Origin: Macrostomum lignano
Taxonomy: Eukaryota
Direction of reading: 5' to 3'
NCBI GenBank assembly: GCA_002269645.1
Contig: NIVC01004408.1
Span: 1 to 46,898 of the forward strand
DNA length: 46,898 nt
Below the pieces are notes generated by a model. The model was given only the letters and a program-made list of their open reading frames with translations, did not search any database and was not told where the DNA came from. The position numbers and the translations under genes are program-made. Within the stretch, counting starts at the first letter, position 1. Each line of letters starts with the position of its first letter. Shown here piece by piece: positions 1 through 13,200 of this stretch.

Positions 1-8
1 ACGCAAGT

Positions 9-2296
9 GACTCTGGAGAGACTCTAGCGACTCTGGAGAGACTCTAGCGACTCTGGAGAGACTCTAGCGACTCTGGAGAGACTCTAGCGACTCTGGAGAG
101 ACTCTAGCGACTCTGGAGAGACTCTAGCGACTCTGGAGAGACTCTAGCGACTCTGGAGAGACTCTAGCGACTCTGGAGAGACTCTAGCGACTCTGGAGAG
201 ACTCTAGCGACTCTGGAGAGACTCTAGCGACTCTGGAGAGACTCTAGCGACTCTGGAGAGACTCTAGCGACTCTGGAGAGACTCTAGCGACTCTGGAGAG
301 ACTCTAGCGACTCTGGAGAGACTCTAGCGACTCTGGAGAGACTCTAGCGACTCTGGAGAGACTCTAGCGACTCTGGAGAGACTCTAGCGACTCTGGAGAG
401 ACTCTAGCGACTCTGGAGAGACTCTAGCGACTCTGGAGAGACTCTAGCGACTCTGGAGAGACTCTAGCGACTCTGGAGAGACTCTAGCGACTCTGGAGAG
501 ACTCTAGCGACTCTGGAGAGACTCTAGCGACTCTGGAGAGACTCTAGCGACTCTGGAGAGACTCTAGCGACTCTGGAGAGACTCTAGCGACTCTGGAGAG
601 ACTCTAGCGACTCTGGAGAGACTCTAGCGACTCTGGAGAGACTCTAGCGACTCTGGAGAGACTCTAGCGACTCTGGAGAGACTCTAGCGACTCTGGAGAG
701 ACTCTAGCGACTCTGGAGAGACTCTAGCGACTCTGGAGAGACTCTAGCGCGACTCTGGAGAGACTCTAGCGACTCTGGAGAGACTCTAGCGACTCTGGAG
801 AGACTCTAGCGACTCTGGAGAGACTCTAGCGACTCTGGAGAGACTCTAGCGACTCTGGAGAGACTCTAGCGACTCTGGAGAGACTCTAGCGACTCTGGAG
901 AGACTCTAGCGACTCTGGAGAGACTCTAGCGACTCTGAGAGACTCTAGCGACTCTGGAGAGACTCTAGCGACTCTGGAGAGACTCTAGCGACTCTGGAGA
1001 GACTCTAGCGACTCTGGAGAGACTCTAGCGACTCTGGAGAGACTCTAGCGACTCTGGAGAGACTCTAGCGACTCTGGAGAGACTCTAGCGACTCTGGAGA
1101 GACTCTAGCGACTCTGGAGAGACTCTAGCGACTCTGGAGAGACTCTAGCGACTCTGGAGAGACTCTAGCGACTCTGGAGAGACTCTAGCGACTCTGGAGA
1201 GACTCTAGCGACTCTGGAGAGACTCTAGCGACTCTGGAGAGACTCTAGCGACTCTGGAGAGACTCTAGCGACTCTGGAGAGACTCTAGCGACTCTGGAGA
1301 GACTCTAGCGACTCTGGAGAGACTCTAGCGACTCTGGAGAGACTCTAGCGACTCTGGAGAGACTCTAGCGACTCTGGAGAGACTCTAGCGACTCTGGAGA
1401 GACTCTAGCGACTCTGGAGAGACTCTAGCGACTCTGGAGAGACTCTAGCGACTCTGGAGAGACTCTAGCGACTCTGGAGAGACTCTAGCGACTCTGGAGA
1501 GACTCTAGCGACTCTGGAGAGACTCTAGCGACTCTGGAGAGACTCTAGCGACTCTGGAGAGACTCTAGCGACTCTGGAGAGACTCTAGCGACTCTGGAGA
1601 GACTCTAGCGACTCTGGAGAGACTCTAGCGACTCTGGAGAGACTCTAGCGACTCTGGAGAGACTCTAGCGACTCTGGAGAGACTCTAGCGACTCTGGAGA
1701 GACTCTAGCGACTCTGGAGAGACTCTAGCGACTCTGGAGAGACTCTAGCGACTCTGGAGAGACTCTAGCGACTCTGGAGAGACTCTAGCGACTCTGGAGA
1801 GACTCTAGCGACTCTGGAGAGACTCTAGCGACTCTGGAGAGACTCTAGCGACTCTGGAGAGACTCTAGCGACTCTGGAGAGACTCTAGCGACTCTGGAGA
1901 GACTCTAGCGACTCTGGAGAGACTCTAGCGACTCTGGAGAGACTCTAGCGACTCTGGAGAGACTCTAGCGACTCTGGAGAGACTCTAGCGACTCTGGAGA
2001 GACTCTAGCGACTCTGGAGAGACTCTAGCGACTCTGGAGAGACTCTAGCGACTCTGGAGAGACTCTAGCGACTCTGGAGAGACTCTAGCGACTCTGGAGA
2101 GACTCTAGCGACTCTGGAGAGACTCTAGCGACTCTGGAGAGACTCTAGCGACTCTGGAGAGACTCTAGCGACTCTGGAGAGACTCTAGCGACTCTGGGAG
2201 ACTCTAGCGACTCTGGGAGACTCTAGCGACTCTGGGAGAGACTCTAGCGACTCTGGGGAGACTCTAGCGACTCTGGGGAGACTCTAGCGACTCTGT
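9..2296. repeat. 20-bp tandem array (GACTCTGGAGAGACTCTAGC)n, ~114 copies
   Basis: Near-perfect period 20 with only small indels near 749 and 937; degenerates over the last ~100 bp. Confidence 0.98.
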
Positions 2297-2460
2297 AGCC
2301 GCCGTAGAGCCGCATCTGAGTCGTGCTAGAGCTCGTAACTAACGGCAAGATACTCCGCAATCTGTGCTATCCCGAAGCTTCTGAAGAAGCGCCCGGGCCT
2401 CCGAAGTCCCGGTGAGAGCGCTGGAAATACGGCTGATCAAATACTTCAATCAAGGAAAGA

Positions 2461-4276
2461 TCAGCGCGTGCGCACTCGAGCAACAAAGCATTCGACAGGT
2501 TCTACAGCTAGAAACATTGCAGCAACTCTTTGCCACGGCCACCCAATGCAAACCTCCAATGGCGGCTCTCGCCGGTTTCTGAACCGCTCGATCAGCAGCA
2601 GGCCGTCGCGACCCACGGTAATCACCGTGGCGAACAGGCTGCGCCGGCGGATGGCATCGGCGAAGCTGACTCGACTCTGCGTTGTCGGATCCTTCATCGT
2701 GCCAGACTCCAGGTCGATGTCGCCGTTAATGAGCATCTGCGAGGTGATGTGCAGCTCCAGGCCGGTGCCGCGGTGCTCGTGCCAGATGCAGTCAATGATG
2801 CAGTTTCTCTCGCCGGGAATTGGCTCGCCGATTTCTGCAGCCTCGTCGGCTGGCGGAGCCACCGCTGCTCGGAGGGCGGCGGCTGCTGCTGCTGCTGCTG
2901 CGGCGGCGGTGGTGGCGGTCTTCGTCGCCGGCCGGTTGCCGGTGGCAGACGCGGAACCGCCGATTCACTGAGCATTTGAGACGCCATCGATGAGACAGCG
3001 TCTTCCTCAACCGAGTCTCCTGTTTCGTCTGTTTCTTTTGCTGCTGCTGCTGCTTTGGCTACGATGGGCGTGGAATGCAGCTGGTTAGCCGGCTCTCTGC
3101 TCTCTACTAGCGGCTGCTCTGCACTCTGCTCCGCCCGAGCGGGGCTGGCGTTTTGTGTGCGCAGCGACAGACCCGAGTCAGCCGAGGTGAGGCCGCCCCC
3201 AAACTCGTACTCAGGCCCCGTTGAGCTCGCGGTTGAGGCCGGGGCGCTGGGCCGCACAATGGCCTCACTGTCGGCCTCCCCCTCCGACGGGGCGACCGCC
3301 CAGCCAATGGCTGCTTGGCCAGCACGGCCGCCTCCTCTGCCAGTACGGAGCGGTGCTGCTGCACTTCGGGCGGGCGCCGGGTCAGCACGGCCGCGTCCTG
3401 ACCGATGAGTCCGTCGGCGACGGCCTGCCGCAGGCTGATCCGCCGGCCGGTGCGGTGGTTCACATAGACGCCCTGGTCCGGGTCCACAATGCCCAGCTTC
3501 ACCGCCTCTTCGAATGTCACGGCCTCCTGCGTGACAGGGTTCAGCACCGAGGCCGGTCCGGCCAGCCGAGCCCGAGAGACCCGAGCCCGGTCCAGCGGCC
3601 GCATCACCACGCTGGAGGTGAGCAACACCGGGCAGGACAGCTGCATGAGCAGCATAGCCTTGTCAGCTGTCAGCAGGCTGCCGCTTGCCGCCTCCTGAAT
3701 AGTGTACACCGCGCCGCTTTGCGAGTCCACAACCTGGCCCTGCCTGGCGTCGAACACGCCGGCCTGAGCAGCCTCCAGGACCGTCAGCTCGGCGCCGTCC
3801 GACTGTTGGTGCCGCCGCAGCCCGGAGCCGGCGTTCAGCGCGGCAGCCGCCTGCTCGCTCACCAGGCCGCGATGCACCGCAGTCGCCAGAGGGAGGCCGC
3901 AGAACCGGCCGGCAGCCAGGTCCACCTGGCCCCGCTGCACGGCAGTTGCTAGGGGCAACCGAACAGCCGTCGCACTGACCGCCACGGCATCGGGAAACGG
4001 CACGGCGACCTCCTCGCTGTGCAGCAGGACTCGCGACTCGGCCAGGGCGACGGTCAGCGGCTGCGGCTCCGGCTGGCACTGAAGGCGGCAGTCCGCGGTC
4101 AGGAGGCCTCGTTGAAGCGCTTCGCTCAGGCTGACGGATTGTCGCTCGATGCCGCCGCCCGTGGAGCTGGCGCAGTCCAGCACCAGCGCTTTCTGCTCGC
4201 GGTCGATGACGCCGTCGCTAAGCAACCGCGGCAGGTCAGCGCCATCGTTTTCGCCGTTTCCAGATTGCAGAAGTCC
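2461..4276 (-). CDS. Spectraplakin exon: plectin-repeat-domain region (frameshifted across three ORFs)
   Basis: Motifs VLNPVTQEAVTFEEAVKLGIVDPDQGVYVNHRTGRRISLRQAVADGL, VVDSQSGAVYTIQEAA and GDIDLESGTMKDPTTQSRVSFADAIRR. Acceptor TTGCAG|GGA at 4276. The 3' end is either TGA at 2461-2463 or a GTGCGC donor after 2476. Confidence 0.8.
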
Positions 4277-7200
4277 CTGCAATGGTGGTGTGGCCAGTTG
4301 TTTAACACATGTAGCAGCTAAGCATCATGCTTAAAATAGACCTAGATTTTGGGACTGTGTGCACTCTGGAGGAGGCCTGTGTGCACCCGGGAGGAGGGCT
4401 GTGTGCACTCTGGAGGAGGCCTGTGTGCACCCGGGAGGAGGGCTGTGTGCACCCGGGAGGAGGGCTGTGTGCACCCGGGAGGAGGGCTGTGTGCACCCGG
4501 GAGGAGGGCTGTGTGCACCCGGGAGGAGGGCTGTGTGCACCCGGGAGGAGGCCTGTGTGCACCCGGGAGGGGCCTGTGTGCTCTGAGAAGCGAGTCCTAA
4601 GTGGGAATTATTTTAAACCTCTCATGGACCCGCCGGCGCCTACCGAACTCAACGCCTCCGGGCGTCAACGGCGGCAGCAGCAGGCCGCGCCGCTCGCCTC
4701 CGCCAGCCAGTCGCCGGTGTTGAAATCCCGCATTCTCCGGTCGCCACCCACTCCGGCTGAGCAGGCCTCTGCAAGCGTCATTTTGCCTGCGTCTGACGAT
4801 GCGACAACCTCCTTGACGCCGGTGTCCAGCAGGAGCCGGCCCCGGTCGCGGCCTGGGCGAAGGTGAGCAGCCGGCCTGAGCAGGGGTCGAGGACGCCGCC
4901 AGGCCGGGCCAGCCCGCTGTCCAGCAAGCGGCTCAGGCCCAGCCGAACTGACGCCGAGTCGGCGCCGCCAAAATGGCCGCGAGTTCGAGCCCGCCCAGCC
5001 CCGCATCGTCGGGATCGGCCGAGTCGACAGTCTGCAGTTGCTGCTGCTGCCCGAGGCCTCCTTGACTGCGCTGGCAGCCGGATCGAGTCCTGCCGGCTGC
5101 AGGATGCCGGTCCGCAGGCTGGCGATGGCGGCCTCGGCGCCGGCCACGCAGGCCGCGTAGTCGGCGTTGACGCGGGCGAGCTCCTCCGCCAGCTGCTGCG
5201 CGTTGCCGCCGCTTCCGCCGCCGCCGCCGTCGACAGCTTCGTAGCGTTGCGCGGCCGCGGCCAAGGCGCCGCCGGCGGTGTTCAGAGCGTCAATGTCCGG
5301 CCGGGCGGAGCGCAGGCTCTGGCGCAGGGCCAAGGCCCGTTCAAATGACCGGCAGAGCGGCTCCAGTGAGGAGTGGGCAGCGGGGCGGCCGGCGGACTGC
5401 AGGTTGCGCAGCTTCTGCCGGCAGCCGGCCAGCCAGACGGCGCAGTCCTGCACCAGCTGCTGGTAGGCGACGAAGTCACCGGAGCAGGCGCGCAGAGTGC
5501 GCAGGCGCGGCTCCAGCGATGCTGACAGATGGCGCCGACACCTGGCGACTGTGGCGTCGGCTGCCGCAGAGGCTGTCGAGGCTGCTGCGGCAGCAGCGGA
5601 GGACTGCTGAGCTGCTCGCTGCTGCTTGCTGATGCAGTCTTGCAAGGCTTCGTTTAAGCTGGCTTGGGTTTTCTGCAAACAGAGCAATAATTGGGTGACG
5701 GTCAGGCCCGGCTTGCTATTTGTACACACAGTCAGTCCCGGCTTGCTATTTGTACACACATTCAGGCCTGGCTTGCTATTTGTGCACACAGTCAGTCCTG
5801 GCTTGCTATTTGTACACACAGTCAGCTTGCTATTTGTACACACAGTCAGTCCTGGCTTGCTATTTGTACACACAGTCAGTCCCGGCTTGCTATTTGTACA
5901 CACAGTCAGCTTGCTATTTGTACACACAGTCAGCTTGCTATTTGTACACACAGTCAGTCCCGGCTTGCTATTTGTACACACAGTCAGTCCTGGCTAGCCA
6001 TCATCCGCTACAAGCTCACCGTGAGCGCCTCCAGGCTGCGGTCCATCTGCGCTTGGGTCAGCGGAAATCCGGCCACCTCGGTGAAAGCGAGGGCCTCGGC
6101 AGCCGTCAGGCGAATCTCCAGTTCGGCCACGGCGTCGCTGAGGCTGCCGTTGGGTGTCGGCGGAGTCTTCGCTTGGCTGCCGGCCAGCGAGCTCTGGCAG
6201 GAGCGCCGGCAGAGCTCCAGCTCGGCGCGCAGCTTCTTTGACGCTTCATCGTCGTTGATACTTTCCGTGGCCTCGTCCGTCAGCTGCTGTTCAACTTCGC
6301 GTTCAACGGCCGCCAGAGCCGCTCGCCGCTGCTCAGCCGACGTCGCAAGCGTCGACGAAGACCGGCTGCCGCTGCGCAAGCCGGCCAGGCGGCTCAGCAG
6401 GTGGCGCCGTCGTAGGGCGAGCCGGCGCCGGCGCCACAGGGCAGCGGCGGAGGCCGCCTCGGTTTGGAGGCTGCGCGCCGCGGACACGGCGGCCGACCAG
6501 GGGGTGCGCAGGCAGACGGCCGGCAGCCAGCAGGTTGTTGTTGCCGTTGTGCTTGCAGTCGACGATGTCACGGCGGACGACGAAGGCGACACCTTACACA
6601 TTGGACCGTCGATGCGGTGCAGAGCGACTGTCAGATTGGTGGGCAGGCTGGACCACTGGCACAGCAGCTGGCCGCTCAGGCTGCCCGGGTTGCCATCAAA
6701 AACTGCTGGCGCAAGCAGGGCTTGATGAGGCGCGGAGGCTGCGAGCTGCAAGGGCGAGGATGGGGTGGGGGTGGCGGATGCGGGCACAGTGCTGAGAATG
6801 TGTAAATGTAAATGAGAGCCTTTGCAGCCCGCAGCCGTGTTTCTTCCGACTCAGTGTGTGAGCGCGTGCGTGCTCAGGGGCTTGCCGAAAGCGACTCACC
6901 CAGTTGGCCTCGCCAGCCGCCCGGTCCAGCTGCTCCCGCAGGCCGTCCACCGCTCTCAGCCGGCTGGCTGTGGATTCGGCCGACTGGCCGGGCCGCTGGT
7001 CGAGAAATTCGGTGCCAAGTCGGCGGGTGATGTCGGCCAGGCTGGCCCGGACGCGCCTCGCCCCGCGGAGTGGGCGGCAGCGGCCGCGGCGGCTTCGGTC
7101 TGGTGCTGCAGGCAGCCGGCCAGGCTGAGGTGGGCGGCCCAGCGCTCCTCCAGGCGGCGCAGGCAGGCCTCGGCCGGTGCGCGGCGGCTGGCGAGCCGGA

Positions 7201-10200
7201 AGTGGAGCGGCCACCGGCAGCTGCGTAGCGGCGAATCAGGCGGGCCCCGGAGGTCACCGCGGCGGCGAATTTCGCCTCTCGATCTTCGAGCTCGGATACG
7301 GTGGACTGCGGGCGGGATTTGGCTAGGATTAGCGAATTTTGAGATTAGTGCGCATAGACTGGATTGACAAGAACACAGGTAAATATCATACCTGAAGTCG
7401 CTGGAGACAGCCCTGTGGGGGAGAGGAAAAGGCGGCAGTTGTAGTTTAAATTTTGTTAGCAAATCGCTGCGAGTTTCAGAAAGCTTAAAAAATAATTTTA
7501 AAAAATGACACCGGATGTCCTGTATGCCATGTATGGCTTGTAATATATGATATAGGATTCGCAGTGGGAGAGTGGGAGAGGTAAGTGAGAGATCCCAACC
7601 AGCCGGACAGTGGGAGAGTGGGAGAGGGAAGTGAGAGATCCCAACCAGCCGGACGGGGGGCGGGAGAGGGAAGTGAGAGATCCCAACCAGCCGGACGGGG
7701 GGTGGGAGAGGGAAGTGAGAGATCCCAACCAGCCGGACAGGGGGGATGGGCACGCGGTCGCTCACCTTTAAATAGGCCTCAACGTCGGCGACCTCGGCCA
7801 GCCGCAGCTCCCTCCGCTGCAGCCGCAGCACGCGGGTTTCGCGCTCGTCCAGCCAGGCCAGAAGAGACGCCGCGGACTCGGCGAAGGCCAGCCAGGCCTC
7901 CAGATGGCGAAGTCGACGCTGCGCGGCGCCGGTCAGATCGGTGCAGGCCGCTTCCAGCTCCGTCAGCAAGGCGGCGTAGGTCGCTCGGTCCGACTCCGGC
8001 AGGCCGTCACCGATAGCGCCGCAGGCCGCCGCTTCGGCCACCGTGTCGTTGGCGGATTGGCAGAACTCCCGCTGCCAGTCGACTTGACGCCGAAGCTCGT
8101 CAAGGCCAGCAATGTCTTCTTGAGCGGCAGCGGCGGCGGCAGCGGCGGCCATGGTGGCGGCCTCCGCCCGATCCAGCTGTTCACGCCGCTCCCTTACGCG
8201 GCCCATGCAGCGGCGGATCGGCGAGAAGGCGGGCGAGTCCGAGAAGGCCCGGCTGACGCTCGTCACGTCTCTGTAGTGCTGCCGCTCCAGCCGGCGGTGC
8301 TGCTGGCCGCGGTGCTGCTGCTGAAGCAGGCGAATCCGCGGCGCCAGGCTGTCAACGAGACGGTGCAGCTCCAGGTAAGCCAGGTGGGCGGTGCACAGCG
8401 AGTGGTACAGCTGCTCGGCGCGGCCGTAGCGCTCATCTCGCAGGCGCTGGATCCGCTCGAACAGGCGATTGACGGCCTCGCCGGCTTTGGAGACATTCCT
8501 GGCCAAGCGGTCCATGGCGGACTCGGCGTCCATGGCGTCCAGGCTGCTGCTGGCCGAGGCGGCCGCGGAGGACAAACTGGCGCGGAGGTGGCGCTCCGAG
8601 TCGCCGAGGTCGGCCAGGCGGGCCTCCAAGGCGCCGATGTCAGTCCTGGCGGCCTCGGCCAGCCTGTGCAGGCGCTCAAGCCGCTGCCTGTGCAGCTGAG
8701 CGGAGCGGCAGCGATCGCGGGCGAGGGCCAAGCAGCGCTCGGCTTGGCGGCCCAGCTGGTCCGGGTGCGCACCGGCCTCCAGCTGCTGCTGGCGCCGCCG
8801 CTGATGCTGAGGGACAGCGGCTGAGGCCGCCTGAGACAGGCGGTCGTAGCGCTGGCGGAGATCCTGCAGCTGCACGCTGGTGCGCTCCGAGATCTTTGGG
8901 AAGGAGGAGGGTAGGGATGGTGCTCTCAGGGTAGGCTCAGTCACTCATTTAGTCACTCAGTCATTGCTTAATCAGCCACTCCATCGCTGACTCAATTACC
9001 TCACTCTCTCATTGAGTCAGTCACTCAGCCACTAACTCAGCCACTAACTCAGTCAGTCACTCAGCCACTAACTCAGCCAGTCACTCAGTCAGTCACTCAG
9101 CCACTAACTCAGTCAGTCACTCAGCTACTAACTCAGCCACTAACTCAGCCACTAACTCAGTCACTCAGCCACTAACTCAGACATAACTCAGCCACTAACT
9201 CAGTCAGTCACTCAGCCACTAATTCAGTCAGTCACTCAGCCACTAACTCAGTCAGTCACTCAGCCACTAACTCAGTCAGTCACTCAGCCACTAACTCAGT
9301 CAGTCACTCAGCCACTAACTCAGTCAGTCACTCAGCCAGTCACTCAGCCAGTCACTCAGCCAGTCACTCAGCCAGTCACTCAGCCAGTCACTCAGCCACT
9401 AACTCAGAAGTCACTCAGCCACTCCCTCACCTCAGTGAGCAGGGCTTGAGCCGCTTCCGCATTGACCCGCGCCTGAGTCAGGCCAGTTGGCGGGTCGCCG
9501 GCCGCGGCGGCTTCCTTGGCCGCCCGCTGCAGCCAGGCGGACAGCTCGGAGGCGGCTTCCCGATACGCCAGCTCCTCCCGCTTGTTCGCCTCTTCCTCGG
9601 CGTCGCCGTCGCGCTCGTCACCGGCCTGGCTGCGGCCGATCGGCCTGTCGGCCAAGGCGTCGTAGAGCGCGCTGAGGTAGGTGATGAGCGACAGGTCGTC
9701 GGCGTGCGGCGTGTCCACGTCTTCGGGCTCGAGGAGGCGGGCGACGCCCAGGTGGCGCTCGTTGATGTCGAAGGCCAGGCGCAGCCGCTCCGCGTTGGAC
9801 AGCCGGCTGGTCCGCTCCGGATCGATGAGGTCCGGCCTGGGGGCGGGTGCGACAGCTGACTGGCTTTGACCGCGACTTTTGGGATGCAGTTAAGGCTGCG
9901 CCTGCCCATACCTTGTATGAGCTGTTTCCTTGGGTTCTCCACTTTCCACCTCCTTTCTCTAGGCCTCCTCTCACCCTACCTCTCCTCTCACCTTACCTCT
10001 CCACTCACCCTACCTCTCCTCTCACCCTACCTCTCCACTCACCCTACCTTTCCTTTCACCCTACCTCTCCTCTCACCCTACCTCTCCTCTCACCCTACCT
10101 CTCCTCTCACCCTACCTCTCCTCTCACCACACCTCTCCTCTCACCCTACCTCTCCTCTCACACTACCTCTCCTCTCACTCTACCTCTCCTCTCACCCTAC

Positions 10201-13200
10201 CTCTCCTCTCTACCTCTCCTCTCACCCTACCTCTCCTCTCTACCTCTCCTCTCACCCTACCTCTCCTCTCACCCTACCTCTCCTCTCACCCTACCTCTCC
10301 TCTCACCCTACCTCTCCTCTCACCCTACCTCTCCTCTCACCCTACCTCTCCTCTCACCACACATCTCTCACCCTACCTTTCCTCTCACCCAACCTCTCCT
10401 CTCATCCTACCTCTCTTCTCACCATACCTCTCCTCTCACCCTACCTCTCCTCTTACCCTACCTCTCCTCTCACCCTACCTCTCCTCTCACCCTACCTCTC
10501 CACTCACCCTACCTCTCCTCTCACCTCCCTCTCACCCTACCTCTCCTCTCACCCTACCTCTCCTCTCACTCTACTTCACTCTACTTTTCCCTCTCCTTCT
10601 CCGTCCCTCTCACCTGGCTCTGTGCAGCAGACACACAAATGCTCTGCCATCCTGCCAGCAGGAGGTGAAGTTGGTCACCGACAGTCCATAGGGCGCCAGC
10701 TCGGCTCTGCACCAGGCCAGCAGGAAGTCTCTCACAGCTCGATTGTCGTCCAACTGCTGCTGCTGCTGCTGCGGCTGCTGCTGCCGCTGCAGAGAGCCGG
10801 ATGCTGTGGAGAAGCTGGGCAGAATCTCCGATATCTGGCGGGCAAGAGAGGCGTCTCAATTTTCTATTCTGCTTGAGTAAAAACCATCCGGAGAAAAAAT
10901 CTAACGATTTAGCCGGAATAAACAAAACTTTGTGATAATTAAGAACAAAATTTCTTTTAACGTCCATTTCTAAAGATGCAAAATATCAAAGCTGCAGATA
11001 TCATGGTGTCCCTACACTGCCAATCCTGAGCAGCTGCAGATATCATGGTGTCCCTACACTGCCAATCCTGAGCAGCTGCAGATATCATGGTGTCCCTACA
11101 CTGCCAATCCTGAGCAGCTGCAGATATCTCAGGTGTCCCTACACTGCCAATCCTGAGCAGCTGCAGATATCTCAGGTGTCCCTACACTGCCAATCCTGAG
11201 CAGCTGCAGATATCATGGTGTCCCTACACTGCCAATCCTGAGCAGCTGCAGATATCATGGTGTCCCTACACTGCCAATCCTGAGCAGCTGCAGATATCAT
11301 GGTGTCCCTACACTGCCAATCCTGAGCAGCTGCAGATATCATGGTGTCCCTACACTGCCAATCCTGAGCAGCTGCAGATATCTCAGGTGTCCCTACACTG
11401 CCAATCCTGAGCATCTGCAGATATCATGGTGTCCCTACACTGCCAATCCTGAGCAGCTGCAGATATCATGGTGTCCCTACACTGCCAATCCTGAGCAGCT
11501 GCAGATATCATGGTGTCCCTACACTGCCAATCCTGAGCAGCTGCAGATATCTCAGGTGTCCCTACACTGCCAATCCTGAGCAGCTGCAGATATCTCAGGT
11601 GTCCCTACACTGCCAATCCTGAGCATCTGCAGATATCATGGTGTCCCTACACTGCCAATCCTGAGCAGCTGCAGATATCTCAGGTGTCCCTACACTGCCA
11701 ATCCTGAGCAGCTGCAGATATCTCAGGTGTCCCTACACTGCCAATCCTGAGCATCTGCAGATAACATGGTGTCCCTACACTGCCAATCCTGAGCAGCTGC
11801 AGATATCTCAGGTGTCCCTACACTGCCAATCCTGAGCATCTGCAGATATCATGGTGTCCCTACACTGCCAATCCTGAGCAGCTGCAGATATCTCAGGTGT
11901 CCCTACACTGCCAATCCTGAGCAGCTGCAGATATCTCAGGTGTCCCTACACTGCCAATCCTGAGCAGCTGCAGATATCATGGTGTCCCTACACTGCCAAT
12001 CCTGAGCATCTGCAGATAACATGGTGTCCCTACACTGCCAATCCTGAGCAGCTGCAGATATCTCAGGTGTCCCTACACTGCCAATCCTGAGCAGCTGCAG
12101 ATATCTCAGGTGTCCCTACACTGCCAATCCTGAGCAGCTGCAGATATCTCAGCTGTCCCTACACTGCCAATCCTGAGCATCTGCAGATAACATGGTGTCC
12201 CTACACTGCCAATCCTGAGCAGCTGCAGATATCTCAGGTGTCCCTACACTGCCAATCCTGAGCAGCTGCAGATATCTCAGGTGTCCCTACACTGCCAATC
12301 CTGAGCAGCTGCAGATATCTCAGGTGTCCCTACACTGCCAATCCTGAGCAGCTGCAGATATCATGGTGTCCCTACACTGCCAATCCTGAGCATCTGCAGA
12401 TAACATGGTGTCCCTACACTGCCAATCCTGAGCAGCTGCAGATATCATGGTGTCCCTACACTGCCAATCCTGAGCATCTGCAGATAACATGGTGTCCCTA
12501 CACTGTCAATCCTGAGCAGCTGCAGATATCTCAGGTGTCCCTACACTGCCAATCCTGAGCAGCTGCAGATATCATGGTGTCCCTACACTGCCAATCCTGA
12601 GCAGCTGCAGATATCTCAGGTGTCCCTACACTGCCAATCCTGAGCAGCTGCAGATATCTCAGGTGTCCCTACACTGCCAATCCTGAGCAGCTGCAGATAT
12701 CATGGTGTCCCTACACTGCCAATCCTGAGCATCTGCAGATAACATGGTGTCCCTACACTGCCAATCCTGAGCAGCTGCAGATATCTCAGGTGTCCCTACA
12801 CTGCCAATCCTGAGCAGCTGCAGATATCATGGTGTCCCTACACTGCCAATCCTGAGCAGCTGCAGATATCTCAGGTGTCCCTACACTGCCAATCCTGAGC
12901 AGCTGCAGATATCTCAGGTGTCCCTACACTGCCAATCCTGAGCAGCTGCAGATATCATGGTGTCCCTACACTGCCAATCCTGAGCAGCTGCAGATATCAT
13001 GGTGTCCCTACACTGCCAATCCTGAGCATCTGCAGATATCATGGTGTCCCTACACTGCCAATCCTGAGCAGCTGCAGATATCATGGTGTCCCTACACTGC
13101 CAATCCTGAGCAGCTGCAGATATCTCAGGTGTCCCTACACTGCCAATCCTGAGCATCTGCAGATATCATGGTGTCCCTACACTGCCAATCCTGAGCAGCT

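Noticed and set aside
2468-8824. Many + strand ORFs overlapping the spectraplakin exons
   Set aside because: Antisense shadows of GC-rich coding sequence with no recognisable domains.
9847-10876. Pro/Ser/Leu-rich + strand ORFs
   Set aside because: Translations of the 17-bp pyrimidine array and antisense to a spectraplakin exon.
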